The notes under the pieces were generated by a model that was given only the letters and a program-made list of their open reading frames with translations, had not been told where the DNA came from and made no database searches. The position numbers were made by a program, and so were the translations under genes. This document shows, piece after piece, positions 24,503-38,331 of a stretch of DNA of 64,000 nucleotides; position 1 is the first letter of the stretch, and every line of letters starts with the position of its first letter. Source of the stretch: Callorhinchus milii (lineage: Eukaryota); contig NW_024704742.1 in assembly GCF_018977255.1 (NCBI RefSeq), positions 6,202,001-6,266,000 of the forward strand. The letters are read 5' to 3'.

Positions 24503-27500
24503 ACAACGTGAAACCTCCCACGAGTCATCTCACAGGAATCCAGGAGAGAAGGGGTGCAACTGTGCCCCAGGGTCAGTGTGGGTGGGTGGGCAGACAGAAA
24601 GGTTAACATTCAAATAATGCAGTGTTTGTTACTCACTAAAGTTTTGTCAAGAATCGCAATTTAACCTCAATTCGATCTTGTGGCACCGTTTAAAAATAGA
24701 AGGGAGTTTCTCCTTGTGTCCTGGTCAACAACTCTCCAGATAAATAGGTCATGCATCTTGCAACCATTCTGGGGACATTGAGTTACTCAGGGCTATCTTT
24801 CATACCAGTCCAGGCGTTGTGAATGTGTAGGCAACTGCTTCCTCACTCGGACTGTGGTCAGCGCCAATCAATTTGGGCCTCGCTCAGAAAATTCTCCTTG
24901 AAAGTTGGAGAGCAATCTGATGGACCACTCAAGAGCTTTCAAGGAGCAATCGTACTGCAGAAACAGCTCTCTGTTTGCGTGCCTTTGATGGCTGCAGCTA
25001 CAAGCAACACCTCTAACCAGGGCTTGTTTGTGATGGAAGTTGTAGTGCGCTGAGGGCAACAGAGGCACCCGAGGGAAAGTGGTCCATCTGTACGTGACCC
25101 CACTGCTCTCCTCTATTGTTCCTTTATTTTTTTTCGAAAGTAAAGTGCAAATTCTAATCGGGAGAATGACTCTGACCTGGATTATCCAAATCCCTGACCG
25201 TCCAGCGCTTTGGGACATCCACCCGACGTGAAAGGCGCTATACAAATGTAATTTTGTATTGTATTAGTTCAGTCGCGTTTGTATCAGATTTCCATTCAAA
25301 GCCACGCTGTCGGCCCAACTCGTTTGAAAGCACCATTGCCTCCCAAGTCAGGCGGTTGCGGATTCAAGCTCCACCTCAGGACTTTGAACTCGCACTCCAG
25401 GCTGACACTCCCCGCTGTGTGGGTCAGAGGTGTTGGCGTTAATCTGAATCTACCGGCCTCTGTTCAGGTGGATGTCAGAGATCCAATTGCACTGTTTGTA
25501 AAGAAAAGGGAGTTTTGTGCTGTAGGCTCTGATCATAATACTCGTACAATCCTCTCCCATTCTCTCCCGCCGCCCCCCCTCCCCCCCCCCCCCCCCCCCC
25601 CCCCCACACCCCGCAACCCCTCACAACTCAGGTTGTCAGTCAGGTGCGTGAAGCATCTTGAAACGTAATCTCAACGTGAAAGGTGCAAATTTAATGCAAG
25701 GTCCTCTCAGAATCCTGGCAAACCGTATTCCGGATAAAATTGGTTAATTACTTTGCGGCTGTTTGTGGGGTATTGCTGCGTGCAAGCTGGCTGCTGCGAA
25801 TGCACAGTCACTACTCTTTGCAGAAGATGGTAAGATTGGCTCCAGATTTAATCAGTGCTTAGCGTGCAGTGGAGGAAGAGGCTTTCGGAGGTGAAGCTGG
25901 AGCTCACAGTGTACCTGCAGCCAGCACTGCTGCCTGCACATCTAAACAAGTGGCCTGGGCGAGCGGGTAAGTTGCACCTCAGGGAGTGTACTTGAAGCAG
26001 ACAGGAAGTTTGTGTTGGCTGTGGCATTCAGTACACGGTCACTGAGCTGCGAGGCGCTGCGTGACCTCGACCACCAGCCTGCTTCGTAACGTCACCTCAG
26101 CCCCACATTCCGTGCCGATTAACCCACCTCTTAAGTCACCCATTTGCTCGTTTTCGCTGTAAAGTACAACGGTCCGGGAGATTCCCTGACCAGCCAGCGT
26201 CACGGCTCACGGAAAGAAGTTATACGTCTTCAGTGCTTGGGTTCCTGTGAAAATTCAGATATCTGGGGGATAGGGGAAATGTGTTCTTCTTTTGAAGCCA
26301 AAGCCACAGCTAAATGAGCCGTAATAGTGACATGTCTGACACAATGCTGAGTGTTAGCACTTCCGGAATAGTAACAACAATATTATAATCTTTGTTATTT
26401 ATATCGTACCAAGTGTAGTGACTGCGTATGTTGTAATAATAATAATAATAATAGTCCTTGCATTTGATAGAGCGCTTTATCATGTCTTTCGAAGAACGTC
26501 TCAAAGCGCTTCACAGAATACACTGTAAAGTGAATTGACTGTATTTTTTGTGGGCGAAACGCGGCGGCCAATTGCGCACAGCAGCGTCCCCGCAAACAGG
26601 CGTGGATTAAAGCGACCAAATTATTATTTGATGAGCACAGCGTCTGATTTGCACACGGCAATGTCCCCAGCCACCAACAGCCGTGAAACGAATGTCAATT
26701 TCGTCTGGGAGGTTGTTGGCCAGGACGCAGGGAAAAACCAAGCTCCCTTTTCTTTTTGAGTAGGGCCATGAGATCTTTCAAGTTCACCTGAACGGTTAGA
26801 CGGGGGCATCAGTTTAGCATCTCGTCCGAAGGGGAGTACCCCAGATAATGCAGCCCCCGCCAACCCACACAGCATTGCAATGGAGTGCCTTTTAACACTG
26901 ACTATCACGCTTTGGGATGCTAGCCCATGTGAAGTTGTTGTTGTTGTTGACTGCCCAGGCTCTCACTTAAACGGCAGTCACTTGGCTGGGACACCTCTCT
27001 CAATCCGGGTCTGACTGCCAATATGCCACCAAAACACGCGGCCTAAGGAAATTGCATTGAAGGAAAAGTCAGGTGGAAGCAACAAAGAAAACTGAGCGAT
27101 AAGCATATTCTTTGCTAAGTCTTTAAACTTCCCTTTCTCTCCTCCTCCAAAAAAGAAGAAATCTAAATCAATTGAAAGGGTGCCAGCGATGGCTGTTTTT
27201 TTTTTGTCTTCATTGAAAGGAAAGCCTTGCTGGAAAAGAGCGTACATCTGTTTGTTGTGGGATAAAACAGATCAAGTGTATGTAAAGAGACAGCAGTAGC
27301 GATGGTGGATTATGGCTCGAGTCGCCGGGTCTGTAGGAATCTTTTTCTTGCAGCCGCCTCTTTTGAAGCCTAACCACAGCTGAGGGAGCTGTAATTGTGC
27401 TTTTGATTCTGCCGGCTTCACTGCTGGATTACACCTTGCTGGGGCTTGCCTTAGTTGGCCAGCCTACAGCTGCTGGGGCCCCCAGAGAAGCTTCAGATGT

Positions 27501-29979
27501 GGCCAGTCATTAGTTATTTTCACGCATGCCTGTGGTTGGATGCAAAGTTGCTGATCTGACCTGTATACACAGCTGTTCCAGTCGGCTAGGGCCATGCTTC
27601 CAAAGTTCTCAGAGTCCCGTGTGTTTGTTGTTTCAGCCCTAAGTCCCCGAGCTCTCAGTTGCTCTTCATTCGGCATTTTGTGTTTGGCTTGGTGCACAGT
27701 GTTTAGCATACAGAATCTTGCTGTGTACTTTTTCCTGAATATCTCCACACGTACTGAACGTGGAACTCTCCGTCTGGTTTGGAAACTCTCAAAGCGTGAC
27801 GGTGGATTTCCGCTTCTGTCAGACACCCGGCTGGCCCAAATCCAAACTGCTGTACGCAGCCATAAACTAGATGCTCAGATCTGAGCTGTCTGCACTGATC
27901 ACGATCAGTGATCTTCCCGACTCTGTCCAATGCTTGATTCAAAACTTTGTGTTGTTTTCTGGCCTCCTGTGCTCCCGTGTTCATCTGTGCAGCTGTATCC
28001 AGGCACAATATCTTCACCACAGTACTAGCTTAATAATCCTTGTATTTGGTATAGCGCCTTTCAGGTCAGGAGGACATGATAATAATGCTTCCATTTGATA
28101 TGGCGCCTTATCACATCATCGAGACGTCTCATAGGTGAATTGACTGTATATTTTGCGGGCGAAATGCGGCAGCCAAATATTTTACTTATGCCATAAAGGA
28201 AGTTTATAGGCATTTGCCTACAAAGATACATAGTCGCTTCACTCCACAGTAAATCAATTTATTTCATTCAACATTACTTTAAAACAAGATTCCTGAACCT
28301 CCCTCACTGGTGGGAATTAGGGCTTCCAAGCACTCTTACTAGATCGATGCTTGCGATCAGCTTATCGAAAATGACTTGTTTTACGTTATAAAATAGATAA
28401 TAACAGATGAGAACAAAACCTCCTGCCTAATCTACAATCAAGTGAATTGTTCTTTTTCTTCCAAATCTCAGCAGCGCAATTGAAGGTCACTTACAAACAA
28501 TGGTGTGGGCGGGCAGGCCAGGGCAACTCACTCATGAGAAAAAGAGACCAGTAGCTCAAGGGTGAACTCTCACACAAGCCAAAGAATTCCTGGGACTGTT
28601 TGTCATTGCTGAGATTTTTCTTTGTTCTGTGGGGTCGTGGCTTCTGTCGGAACCTGAGGCAGATCTTCAGATAAATCCCACTGTCTGTTTCTGCTGCTGA
28701 GTCCGGGAGCCCCTTTTTACTAAGGATTGGTGTGAAACAGGCGCATATCTTGCACAGTGAAATGGAACAACCCTGCTGATGGATTGAGTTTCTCTTCCGC
28801 CCCCTTCTGTCCTTCCCCGAAGGCATTGGGCGGTAGGGTCACGAGGCTAGAAGGGACCCTTTTTCTCTCATCCCTGCGTTGGGGTCCCACGACCGCCAGT
28901 AGCCCAGGGCTGCCCCATCCAATTAACTGTTCTTCAAGTGTGAGCCGAGACGTTGAGTGGCAGGAGTCAACCATTCCTCCCATTTGTTTGGAGGCAACAT
29001 CACAGGAAACTCAATCCTGTGCTCACTTCTCATAGATGACCGCTGAAAATGTTTGGGTGGATAGAGAATCCTGGAATAAGTCCTGGGGTACTGTCTTGAA
29101 TGATGATGATGATGATGATAATAATAATAATCCTTGCATTTGATATAATGCTATTCACGTCAGGAGGACGTCGCAAAACACTTCACAGAATATACTGTAC
29201 AGTGTAGTGACTGTGTGTTTTGTAGGTTATATGTTAAAATCTAAGGAGAAAAGCCAACATTTGCCAAAGAGCCTGGCAGAATAGAAGACATGATAAAGAC
29301 ATGTTCCTCCCAAAAAAGATGGGGGGTGCGGCAAAGGGGATGAGAATTGAGACTAAAAGTTACAATAATAATAATAATAATAAACCTTGCATTTGATATA
29401 GCGCCTTAACACGTCTACGAGACATCTCAAAGCACTTCACAGGATATACTGTCAAGTGAATTGACTCTATATTTTGTGGGCAAAACGATGACTGTACCAT
29501 ACAAGGTTGGATATTTATACATTATTTTGGATGCAAGGACTATAAGGATATAGGTCTCAGCCCTTCTCCTTGAAGAGGAAGTAAAGCCCAGACTAACCAG
29601 TTACTAGTTGCACGATTGCACAGCCACAATCCTATGGGGAGAACAGCCATCTGCCTCTAGATTTACTTTTTATTCTTAATATTTCAGGTGCTCCAGAATT
29701 TAGCAAATCGTTGAATTCGGTCTTTACTTTGAAAGCGTTTTTACTGTGGTTTTTAAAAGAATCTACAGAAAGCAGGCTTCAAGATTCAGACTGAGTATTT
29801 GCCAAATTTTGTACGCTCAGAAATGCTAAGGAAATCGAGTAATTCTAAACCCAAGTGGAACTTCTTTTTACCCACTAGTTGGGATGCATTGCCATTCTGA
29901 GTTAGCATAGCATTTAATAGAATCTTACATGGTGATTAATAATATATCTTTCTAATATTGCGTAACATTGCCTCCTGAC

Positions 29980-30560
29980 ATGCTGTACACTGTCCAGCGC
30001 CTTGGGACGTCCTCCCGACGTGAAAGGCGCTATACAAATGTAATCTTGTTGTTGTTGTTGTTGTTGCCTCTACCACCCCTCTCCCCATGGGCCATCGAGA
30101 CCATCGTGCACACATTCATCACGTCCAAGCTTGACTTTGCCACTGCCCTGCTCTAGGGCTACCTGCTTCTTTCCTTCCCAAGCTGCGGACTACCGACAAC
30201 TCCGCAGCTCGTGTTCTTCCCTGTACCAGGCACTGTGAGGCTATCACCCCCAACCTCGCCTGGCACCACTGACTCCCCATCCCCCAGCGGATCGAGTTCA
30301 AGATCTTTATCTTAACCTTTAAATGCCTCCCCTGTTTTACCTACCCTACACTACCTCTGTGACCTTCTCAAACGGGCTCTGACCTGCTTCACGCTCCCGC
30401 CCTAACCAGCCTCACCATCAGCAGTCGAGCTTTCAGCCTGTCTGCCCCCATTCTCTGCTCTGGAACTACATCCTGGAGTTCCTACGACCCACTCCTTCCC
30501 TTGCCTCCCTCAAAATCTGCTCAAGAACTTCCTTTTTGACCACACCTCTGGTCGTTTTCC
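29980..30560 (+). mobile_element. L2 tail followed by a second L2 3' fragment
   Basis: AGCGCCTTGGGACGTCCTCCCGACGTGAAAGGCGCT...(TTG)n at ~29995-30066, then ETIVHTFITSKLDFATALL. Confidence 0.82.
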
Positions 30561-33500
30561 CTCCCCCATCCCACCCTACTCCCCCAGCACCACACCACCC
30601 TTGGGTCCCCTCCTCCACCCCAGAACGGGTGCAAACGCTGGACCCACTTTTCCGTTCCTCCTTTGCCTTTGCTGAAACTTGAACACGCAAATTAATGGTG
30701 TCTTCTGGTCGAAATTCTCTCATTCGTGCCGTAAATCTTTGTTGATTTTGAGATGCGATTGCCTCAGTTCCTTTGCTGCGCTATTTCCTCTTGAAGAGCA
30801 GCTATGACATTGAGGTCACCAAGCCCTTCATTCTTGCTTTTTATTACACTGGTCTGAGACTTCCAAGCAGAGCTCGAGAGACAAGTGAGTGGCTCAAAGC
30901 TGCAATTTGGCAGGGAGCACTGCTGAGGTCTGCACCTCTTAACCTTTTTAACCGTCGGAAACTGATTGATTTTTAAAGAACAAGACCGTGTTGTACACCG
31001 AGATACAATGCACTTTTTGTGGGTTGCTGGGCATGGGGCGCTTGTGAAATTGACACGATCCAACCTGCTTTTCCTCTGAAATGCTATGAGCGACAGCGCA
31101 GTGCGGGAATCATAACGGTCTTTGAGTTGCTGCCCTGCTGTGAGTGAGTGCACTTTAGTGCTTCCATATTGAAAAAAACCCCGAATCGTTAGGATCATTG
31201 CTAAGTTTGTTTCCACTGGTAATGGCTTGCGCTCCTGTGCACTGCGAGGCACTGACTTTCGTATCGATCTTCTACCCGGTCCCTGCAGTCGCTAGTCAGC
31301 GGATCGCTTGAGGTTTAGAATCTGTAGTTTTTGTAGTGAGGTGGGTGCAGAGGGAACATGTCTGGAGCAGAGGGACCATTTCTTTCTGCACAAACACTAT
31401 TGCCACTGCTCGTCACGTACACTTTGGTTCGCGATTTCTCTCTCTCTCTCTCTCTCTCTCCCCTTTCTCTTCCTCTGTTACTAATTGGGAGGATTTTGTT
31501 TCCCCCGAGCAAATCACAAACACCGAGCTGAGATGGTGCAGTGTAGGGCTTTCTGCTGTTGTTTGATTTCTCTTCGCCTCAACCACTCCTTACCACCCCC
31601 CACTCCGCTCCCCAAACACACACACACACACACACAGACTGTACTCAATCCCTGATCTCCGTCGCTGTGGTGGTGACATATTAAAGGCCAAGAAGAGAGG
31701 GATTATCAAAGGAGAGTCTTCACAGACCACTCTCTAGCAGTTGGATGAAGGTCTGAGAGAACGCAGTTGGATGGTTGCCTCGGTGAGTCCAGGAAAGGCG
31801 AGGTTAACAATAAAAGGAAAAACCATCAAGGAAAATGTGAGCTGAACAAGTGGAGCTCAAGAGGCAGTTAAACTGATGATCATAGAAACTTACGGCACAG
31901 AAGGAGGCCATTCAGCCCATCGTGCTCTTTGAAAGAGCAAGTCCCACTCTCCCGCTCTTACCCTGTAGCCTGCTATAGGGTAAGAGCGGTACTCGAACCG
32001 TAATCTAGGTGTAAGCCTTTCTGATCCAATGTTCACAGCCAGGAGTGAAGGTCAAATCTGTTATTATTATTGTATTATTATTATATTATATATTATTATT
32101 TTCCCTACCAACATGCCCGCTCCCTCCGTTCATCGGGCTCCGGAGTGCTCCATGTCTCCCGCCCAACCCGCCCTCCCATCGGTGGCCGGGCTTTCAGCCT
32201 CTCTGCCCCCACACTCTGGAACTCCATCCACAATAATCAAAATAGTCAAAACAGTTGGTCTCTCTCTCTCTGTCCTGGCTCACAGTCTAGGTGTTGTCAC
32301 AACTGACAAGTAGGAGTGGGTAGAAACTTGTGAGGTGTCACACCAGGTCATTGCTGTGAAATTCCACTCAGATCTGTGCCCAGGAAGTCTTTTCTTCACA
32401 TAAGTCCTTCGGATGAGACGTTAAACTGAGGCCCTGTCCGCCTGTTTAGGTGGACGTTAAAGATCTCTGGGGCACTATTTGAAAAGAAAGGAGAGTTTCT
32501 TCTGGGATCCTGGCTAACAATCCCCCAAATAAAATTGGCCATCTGCTTCATAGCTGTTTGTGGGACATCATTGGTCCATTGTTAGATATTTTTGTGCGCA
32601 GTTGTGCTGCCACATTTCCCTACAAAACGTACAGTCACTCCATTTCACAGCAAAATCTTGGGAATGCTTTGAAACGTCCTATTGTGCTAAGGCCCCAAAG
32701 CAAGTTATATCAAATGCAAGTATTAGTATTATTATTATTATTAGTATTATAATGTATGTCCCATTCTGGAAATCGCCAGCCTACAAGGCAAAAAAAAAGG
32801 AGAATTTTGTTTCTTCTCCCCCCCCACCCCACCCCATTCCCGCCCTTAGTCACTGGTATATGTATGACTGCACAGAATTTATTACGTATTTAAGAGAAAA
32901 TGGAAGAAATAGTTGCAACAGAACTTTTTGTCTACCGCAGGAAGTGATTCAAAGGAACTTCCTGTGCACAGCTCTGAAGAAGAATGGTTTTTGGACACTA
33001 GGGTGATGCCATTTTGCATGCGTGAGCTGCATGCAATGTCTGACACCAGCAGCTATGTTCATTTGGACACAAACAAAATCTCACTGTGATGGTAAGTGAC
33101 TTTCCAGCTTCTCCATAAATGTCGTCGGGGTAACATGGCCCCATAACAGGCACATTGTATGTGCGTCGCTCCTGTGCTCCGGGGAAATGGCACCCCAGCC
33201 CTCCTCCACTTCAGTGGTGTGCAAAAATGTGATGCGTTGCTAAAAATTGGAGTCCAGACCAATCCCAAGAGTGAATGACAGTCCCTGCGTTTGACATAGC
33301 GCCTGATCACACCAGCAAGAAGTCTCAACGCACTTCGCCGCACTTTATACCGCGACTGTGTATTTGTAGGTCTTCGCAGCAGTCAGTTTGCACACAGCAA
33401 TGTCACGCAAACAGCCAATAAAATGAATGATCAATTTTATTTGGGGGTGGGGGGGGGGGTGGGGTGGAGGTGGAACGGGGCCGTTGACGAGAACACCCAA

Positions 33501-34382
33501 GAAAAAGAAACACTCCCTTTTCTTTTCGAGTTCATGTCATGGGATCTTTCACGTCCACCTGAACAGACAGAACACCAGTTTTGACCTCCACTCCGGCCCA
33601 TGACATAAACTTTGACATGAGTTGAGCCCAAAGATTCCAGTTGTTGCTATCTCCAGAGTCCAGGGTTTGAGTGTCGCTGCACAGGATGCTGGGGTAACCT
33701 GATCAGATTTAAGGCAGTATCCGTTGTATTGGCACTGACACTGCCATTTTTCGACTGGAACACTAAAACTCGAAGCTGGACAGCAACAGCAAACCCTTTC
33801 TGTCCTGCTTCAGACCAAAGCAGGATGTCAGGACAGGAATGTTCACACCCCAAGCTAATCAATACTTAAATACTTTGGTTTGGACGGCAATTTTCAACAC
33901 GCAGTTTCCGGCAATGTGATAATTATCACACCACATATTGCATTTTGTGACCCTCAATATACTCGACGACAGTCGTACATTGAGATCGGCTCTTGAATGC
34001 CCAACTGAATTAGGATCATCTCAGCACGGCTTAAACATTCTCTTGTGTGACAGGCTCCAGACAGGTTCCGTTTGTCAATCGTATATTAAGTGCGTAACAT
34101 CACTGAATGAGTTGTAACTCAACCACCGTTTTCTTGACACGAGTCCAGGACCTTTTATTTTTAACTATGGTAATGTAGCCGGTAACTGCAATGACAGAGG
34201 ATAGTAATAGTTTTCGTGTACAGGTTCTGTGTGTTGTAGCAGTGAGTTACAGATAATCCAGACAGATTCCCAACAGCATATGTGTTCTTCTTAATGTCCA
34301 TCCCTTGCCATAGTCCTTGAACGTATCCAGCCTAGTTCATGTTCCCACTCCAACTCGCCCCACTATTGGCAGGTGAGCTTTC

Positions 34383-34417
<35 letters not shown>

Positions 34418-34979
34418 AATATTATAATATTATTATAATAACCCCTCTACCTCACCCCCTCCTTCGCCACCTTTAAAGCTCACCTTAAAACGGGCTTAAA
34501 GCTTCTATTCAACCAGGCTTTCAATCACTTCCCCACCCCCCCACCCCCCCACCCCCCCGACCGCCACCTTTGGCTCATGAAATATACAGCCAATTCACTT
34601 TCCAGCGTATTCTGTGAAGCACTTTGCGAGGCCTTGAAGACGTGATAACGCACTATATCAAATCCAAGGATTATTACTATTACTCTTTGGCTCCCTCCAT
34701 CCCCAGCTAAGACCCCCAGTCAGCTGTGTGAAGCAAATTGAGACATCCTCCCAACATGAAAGGCACAATGTAAATGTAAAATTGCTGTGCATTGTTGATG
34801 TCTGATGTGCAAAATGACTTGTAAGGATGGAATCCCAGATGTGTCATAATCCAACCCTCTGAGACTCTGCTCTCAATACAGACTTCCATGAAGTCAGCCT
34901 CCAAACAGATTTCAAAGTCGAGAATTTGTTAGCTCCAAGTGAGCCCTACAAGTTAGATCACAAATGTTTAAGTCACTGA

Positions 34980-35410
34980 TGCGGGCTCATCGGCAGGACC
35001 TGGAAGGGCAGACCAGTCACTGGGGGCAGAGAGTCATCCCACTCAGCTCCTCTTAACCCTGCAAGCCAAAGCCCTAAAGGGTAGGGTGGTCCTAGCTGGA
35101 CAAGTAGAGGGAAAGCTTGACAGACGGCGATATCAATGGCAAGATATGTGGTTTTAGCTGTTTAGACTCCAATGTATACTCTGGGGTCCCCAAGCCTTGG
35201 CTCTTGCCAATCTGCGCCTAATACTTTCTGGAATCAGGTAAGCAGGATGTGTCCCTCCAGGGAGAGAGTGCAAATTCTAGTCCAACAATCCATCTCTGGT
35301 ATTTCCATGTGTAGGTGGGATGCGTGGAAATGTCAGCTTGGTTTGGATACTCTTAAGCACGGTGATGGGTTTCCGCATGTGTCAGACACCCGGCTGACCA
35401 AAGAAGATAA
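34980..35410 (+). repeat. Unclassified interspersed repeat. Other copies at 52915-53165 +, 60035-60095 -, 63555-63762 -, 27770-27840 +
   Basis: Shared blocks TTAACCCTGCAAGCCAAAGCCC, TTGGCTCTTGCCAA and TGTCAGACACCCGGCTG. Confidence 0.75.
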
Positions 35411-36690
35411 GCTAGAATGAATGTCCCAGTGAATGTTCCAGTTCAATCCAGTATGTTTGCATTCTGAGCTGAAGATTCACAATCGCCTTGAATTAATTGG
35501 TTATCTTTCCATCTAAATCTTTCAACAGAGGGCAGGATCTAGATAGAGACCTTAATTTTATGAAGATATGAACATTACAGTTGAAGTCACCAGATACATT
35601 TCAGCTCCTTAATGCGATTTTAGTTGGATTTATAACTTATCCATTGGCAGTGAGCTATTAATACTGGGTTGACGGATAGAATTTATCTGCAACTGAAGCT
35701 GTCGTTAGTGACATATATTCATGATGATATACTGTATCTGGGTTGCCTTTGAAATCAGCTTTGGCCTGAAGTTTTTGTTACTGGAACTCTTAGTCTATTT
35801 TGTTTTTGTTTCTCAAATATATAAAAAATCTTATGTGTTATGTATCTTAATTAGTTGACTACAATCTGCAGAAAATGTAATTTACATAAGTAAACTGAAT
35901 TTCAAAGTGCTTTGAGGCAGGCATCACACTTGGTAAGTAGTATTGAGCTGCATTGCTTTAATGAATAAATAAATATAGCTTAAATTTACCATGATTGGCA
36001 GTGGGTGGAGTTGGGGTAAATCTTTACGAGCTAATTCTGAAACACAGCAAACTAAGATCGCAAAGTACTGTGAAATGAAACTGATTTGTAACTCCTACCT
36101 ATTTTTTGAGTGACTTGCCTTCATAAGGATAGTGTTAGAGGAGAACGACAAGGATGTTGAAGACGTTGGGGTCACAGCCTGGAATTCGCTGCATTTTAAG
36201 AGTGACTTTTTATCTTCTGACCCAAAATTTAGGGTTCTCTNAAAAAAACAATCAGAGGAAAAGGTTGTGATCCCGGTGGTCTGTTTTGCAGCCAATGTTT
36301 TGATTTCTGACCCGTAGTTGGATATTAGGGGCTTTTACTAGGCTGTAAAATGACCTGAAATCAAAACACCAGCAGCAACCACAATCCCCAGCCCTGATCG
36401 CAGGGGGTTTGCTTTCAACTTTATAAACACTGAATGTATCTGCCGATATCTAAGGCAAGCCATAATGCACTAGGCCATTGTGTTTTTAGGAATAGCTTAT
36501 AGAACAACTCCCGTTAGGTAGTACAGTAAAACTTGTAGGAGTCTTATCTGCATAAATCATATGATTGCCCAGGTTGTACATCCACCCGAATGCCATTTGA
36601 TTTCCTTTTAAATCCACTTAAATTTATATCGTATATATATACATATATATACACTCGCAGCTACCGCACTTTTATCAGAATTTTTTACAG

Positions 36691-36774
36691 AACACCACAC
36701 ATATGCACCGGACGCTTCCCGTGCCTCCCTCTCTCCCGAGGGCTTAAACATTAAGATTATCAAACGCGGCAGTG
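36691..36774 (+). CDS. Candidate LEF1 alternative cassette exon (84 nt, phase 1-1)
   Basis: ttttttacag acceptor, G|gtgagg donor at 36775. In frame: EHHTYAPDASRASLSPEGLNIKIIKRGS. ACTAAC (36839) and TGCATG (37190) lie downstream. Confidence 0.35.
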
Positions 36775-37513
36775 GTGAGGGGCGGGAGGGGGAGAGGGTT
36801 GAGAGAGGAAAGAGCGTTGTCATCGTCATGTCATGTGCACTAACTGGCTGCAATGCCAAAGGACCACATGCACAGTACAGAACATGAACAAGTACAGAAG
36901 CCAAGGTTTTGACCAGTCATCATGCTATCAGACAGTGCAGATACCCCCCAACTGAATGCAGGGTGAGTTGAGAGTTTATGTCTGACTTAACATTGCCTTA
37001 AAACGTGATTGATAATTTAGTTAGTGATAAAAGTTCTTTGTAACAACTGTTTTATATTCTAGTGAAACAGTTCTATGTTAAAACCTGTTTGTCTGTGCTA
37101 TTCACTGTACAGTACATGTTTTCTGCACATGAGGTACAGTTCTGTGCAATACTGTACATCGGAAAGAATGGGCTACCATAGGTTTATTATGCATGGGTTA
37201 AACAGAAACCTTGCCTAAATGTCACCAGCCAATTCAGTATTTGTGTGTTTGTTGTGTGTAAGTCATATAAAATCTGACTTACACATGACTTTGCATAAGT
37301 CATATATGGTATGACATGCAAGTTTACCATAACTCATACTTTGCGTAAGACATATTAACTGTTATGGTCCCAAATGATATATGACTTATGTGAGTCTTAT
37401 TATATTATAAGACTTATTTGTAACAGTTTAGTACCTAATTTTTGGGTGGGCAGGTGTGGGCGGGTGGTGGGGGGAGTAATGAAATGTTACTGAATATTCC
37501 TTTGGTGTTCAAG

Positions 37514-37564
37514 AGATGGACAGCAGTCCGTGCTTGCTGCATTGCAGAAGCAGCGAGATCTGCT
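37514..37564 (+). CDS. Candidate LEF1 alternative cassette exon (51 nt, phase 1-1)
   Basis: tactgaatattcctttggtgttcaag acceptor, gtaagg donor at 37565. In frame: EMDSSPCLLHCRSSEIC. Confidence 0.27.
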
Positions 37565-38331
37565 GTAAGGCTGTTTGCTTTGTTCTTCTTCTTGTGAGCG
37601 AGCGCCGGGATACTGGGGGATTGTGAGCCAAACAGTCTTCAGTTAGAGAGGGAAGGTAGAGGAAGAAAGATCTCCTGGCTGCAGCCTGGGCCTGAGCGGG
37701 TGGAGTGGTTTTGAGGAGCTTTTCACTATAAAATAGTCCCCCCCCCCACCCCCTTCGCATTGGAAAGCCTCGATGCCCTCCGCGGTTTTCGCCGAACCCA
37801 GGGTATCGGCAGAAGAGCTGAAGAGATCTTGACGGTGACGTTCGGAAACCAAAAGTGAAACACACGCCATGCCAGCCCTCACCCGACCCCCCCCCCCCTT
37901 CACCGCCTTCCGCCAATGGACACAGACACATTGGAGGGCACAGCGTGCAGAAGAAACCTTAAGCGAGATTCTCACACGGGCATCGCTTTACTTTTCACTG
38001 AACGTCAAATTATCCCCGAGGAACCATCATTTCAAATTGTAACAATAAGTGAGTCGACGGATAACACACTCCTTGACTGGTACAAAAACTTCTGACCTTC
38101 CAGGCTACGTACGGAGGGAATTTTAACTGAAATACCTGAATGCGGAAATCCGTCTTGAAGTGTTTCCCCCCACCCTCACCCCCGGCCCCCCCCACCCCTC
38201 CCCACTTCCAAACCTCGAAGATGATAAATGCTTTTGAGATCAGAGAGTCTTTTTTCGCCGCGGATTAGGTTTTAAGCTCCGTTCCTATTGACGTTTCTTT
38301 CTTTCTTTCCTTCCCTCCTTCCTTCTCGCAG

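Noticed and set aside
28462..28565. Acceptor followed by in-frame ...KQWCGRAG...MRKKRP
   Set aside because: Only a superficial C-clamp likeness; it lacks the other cysteines and sits among repeats.
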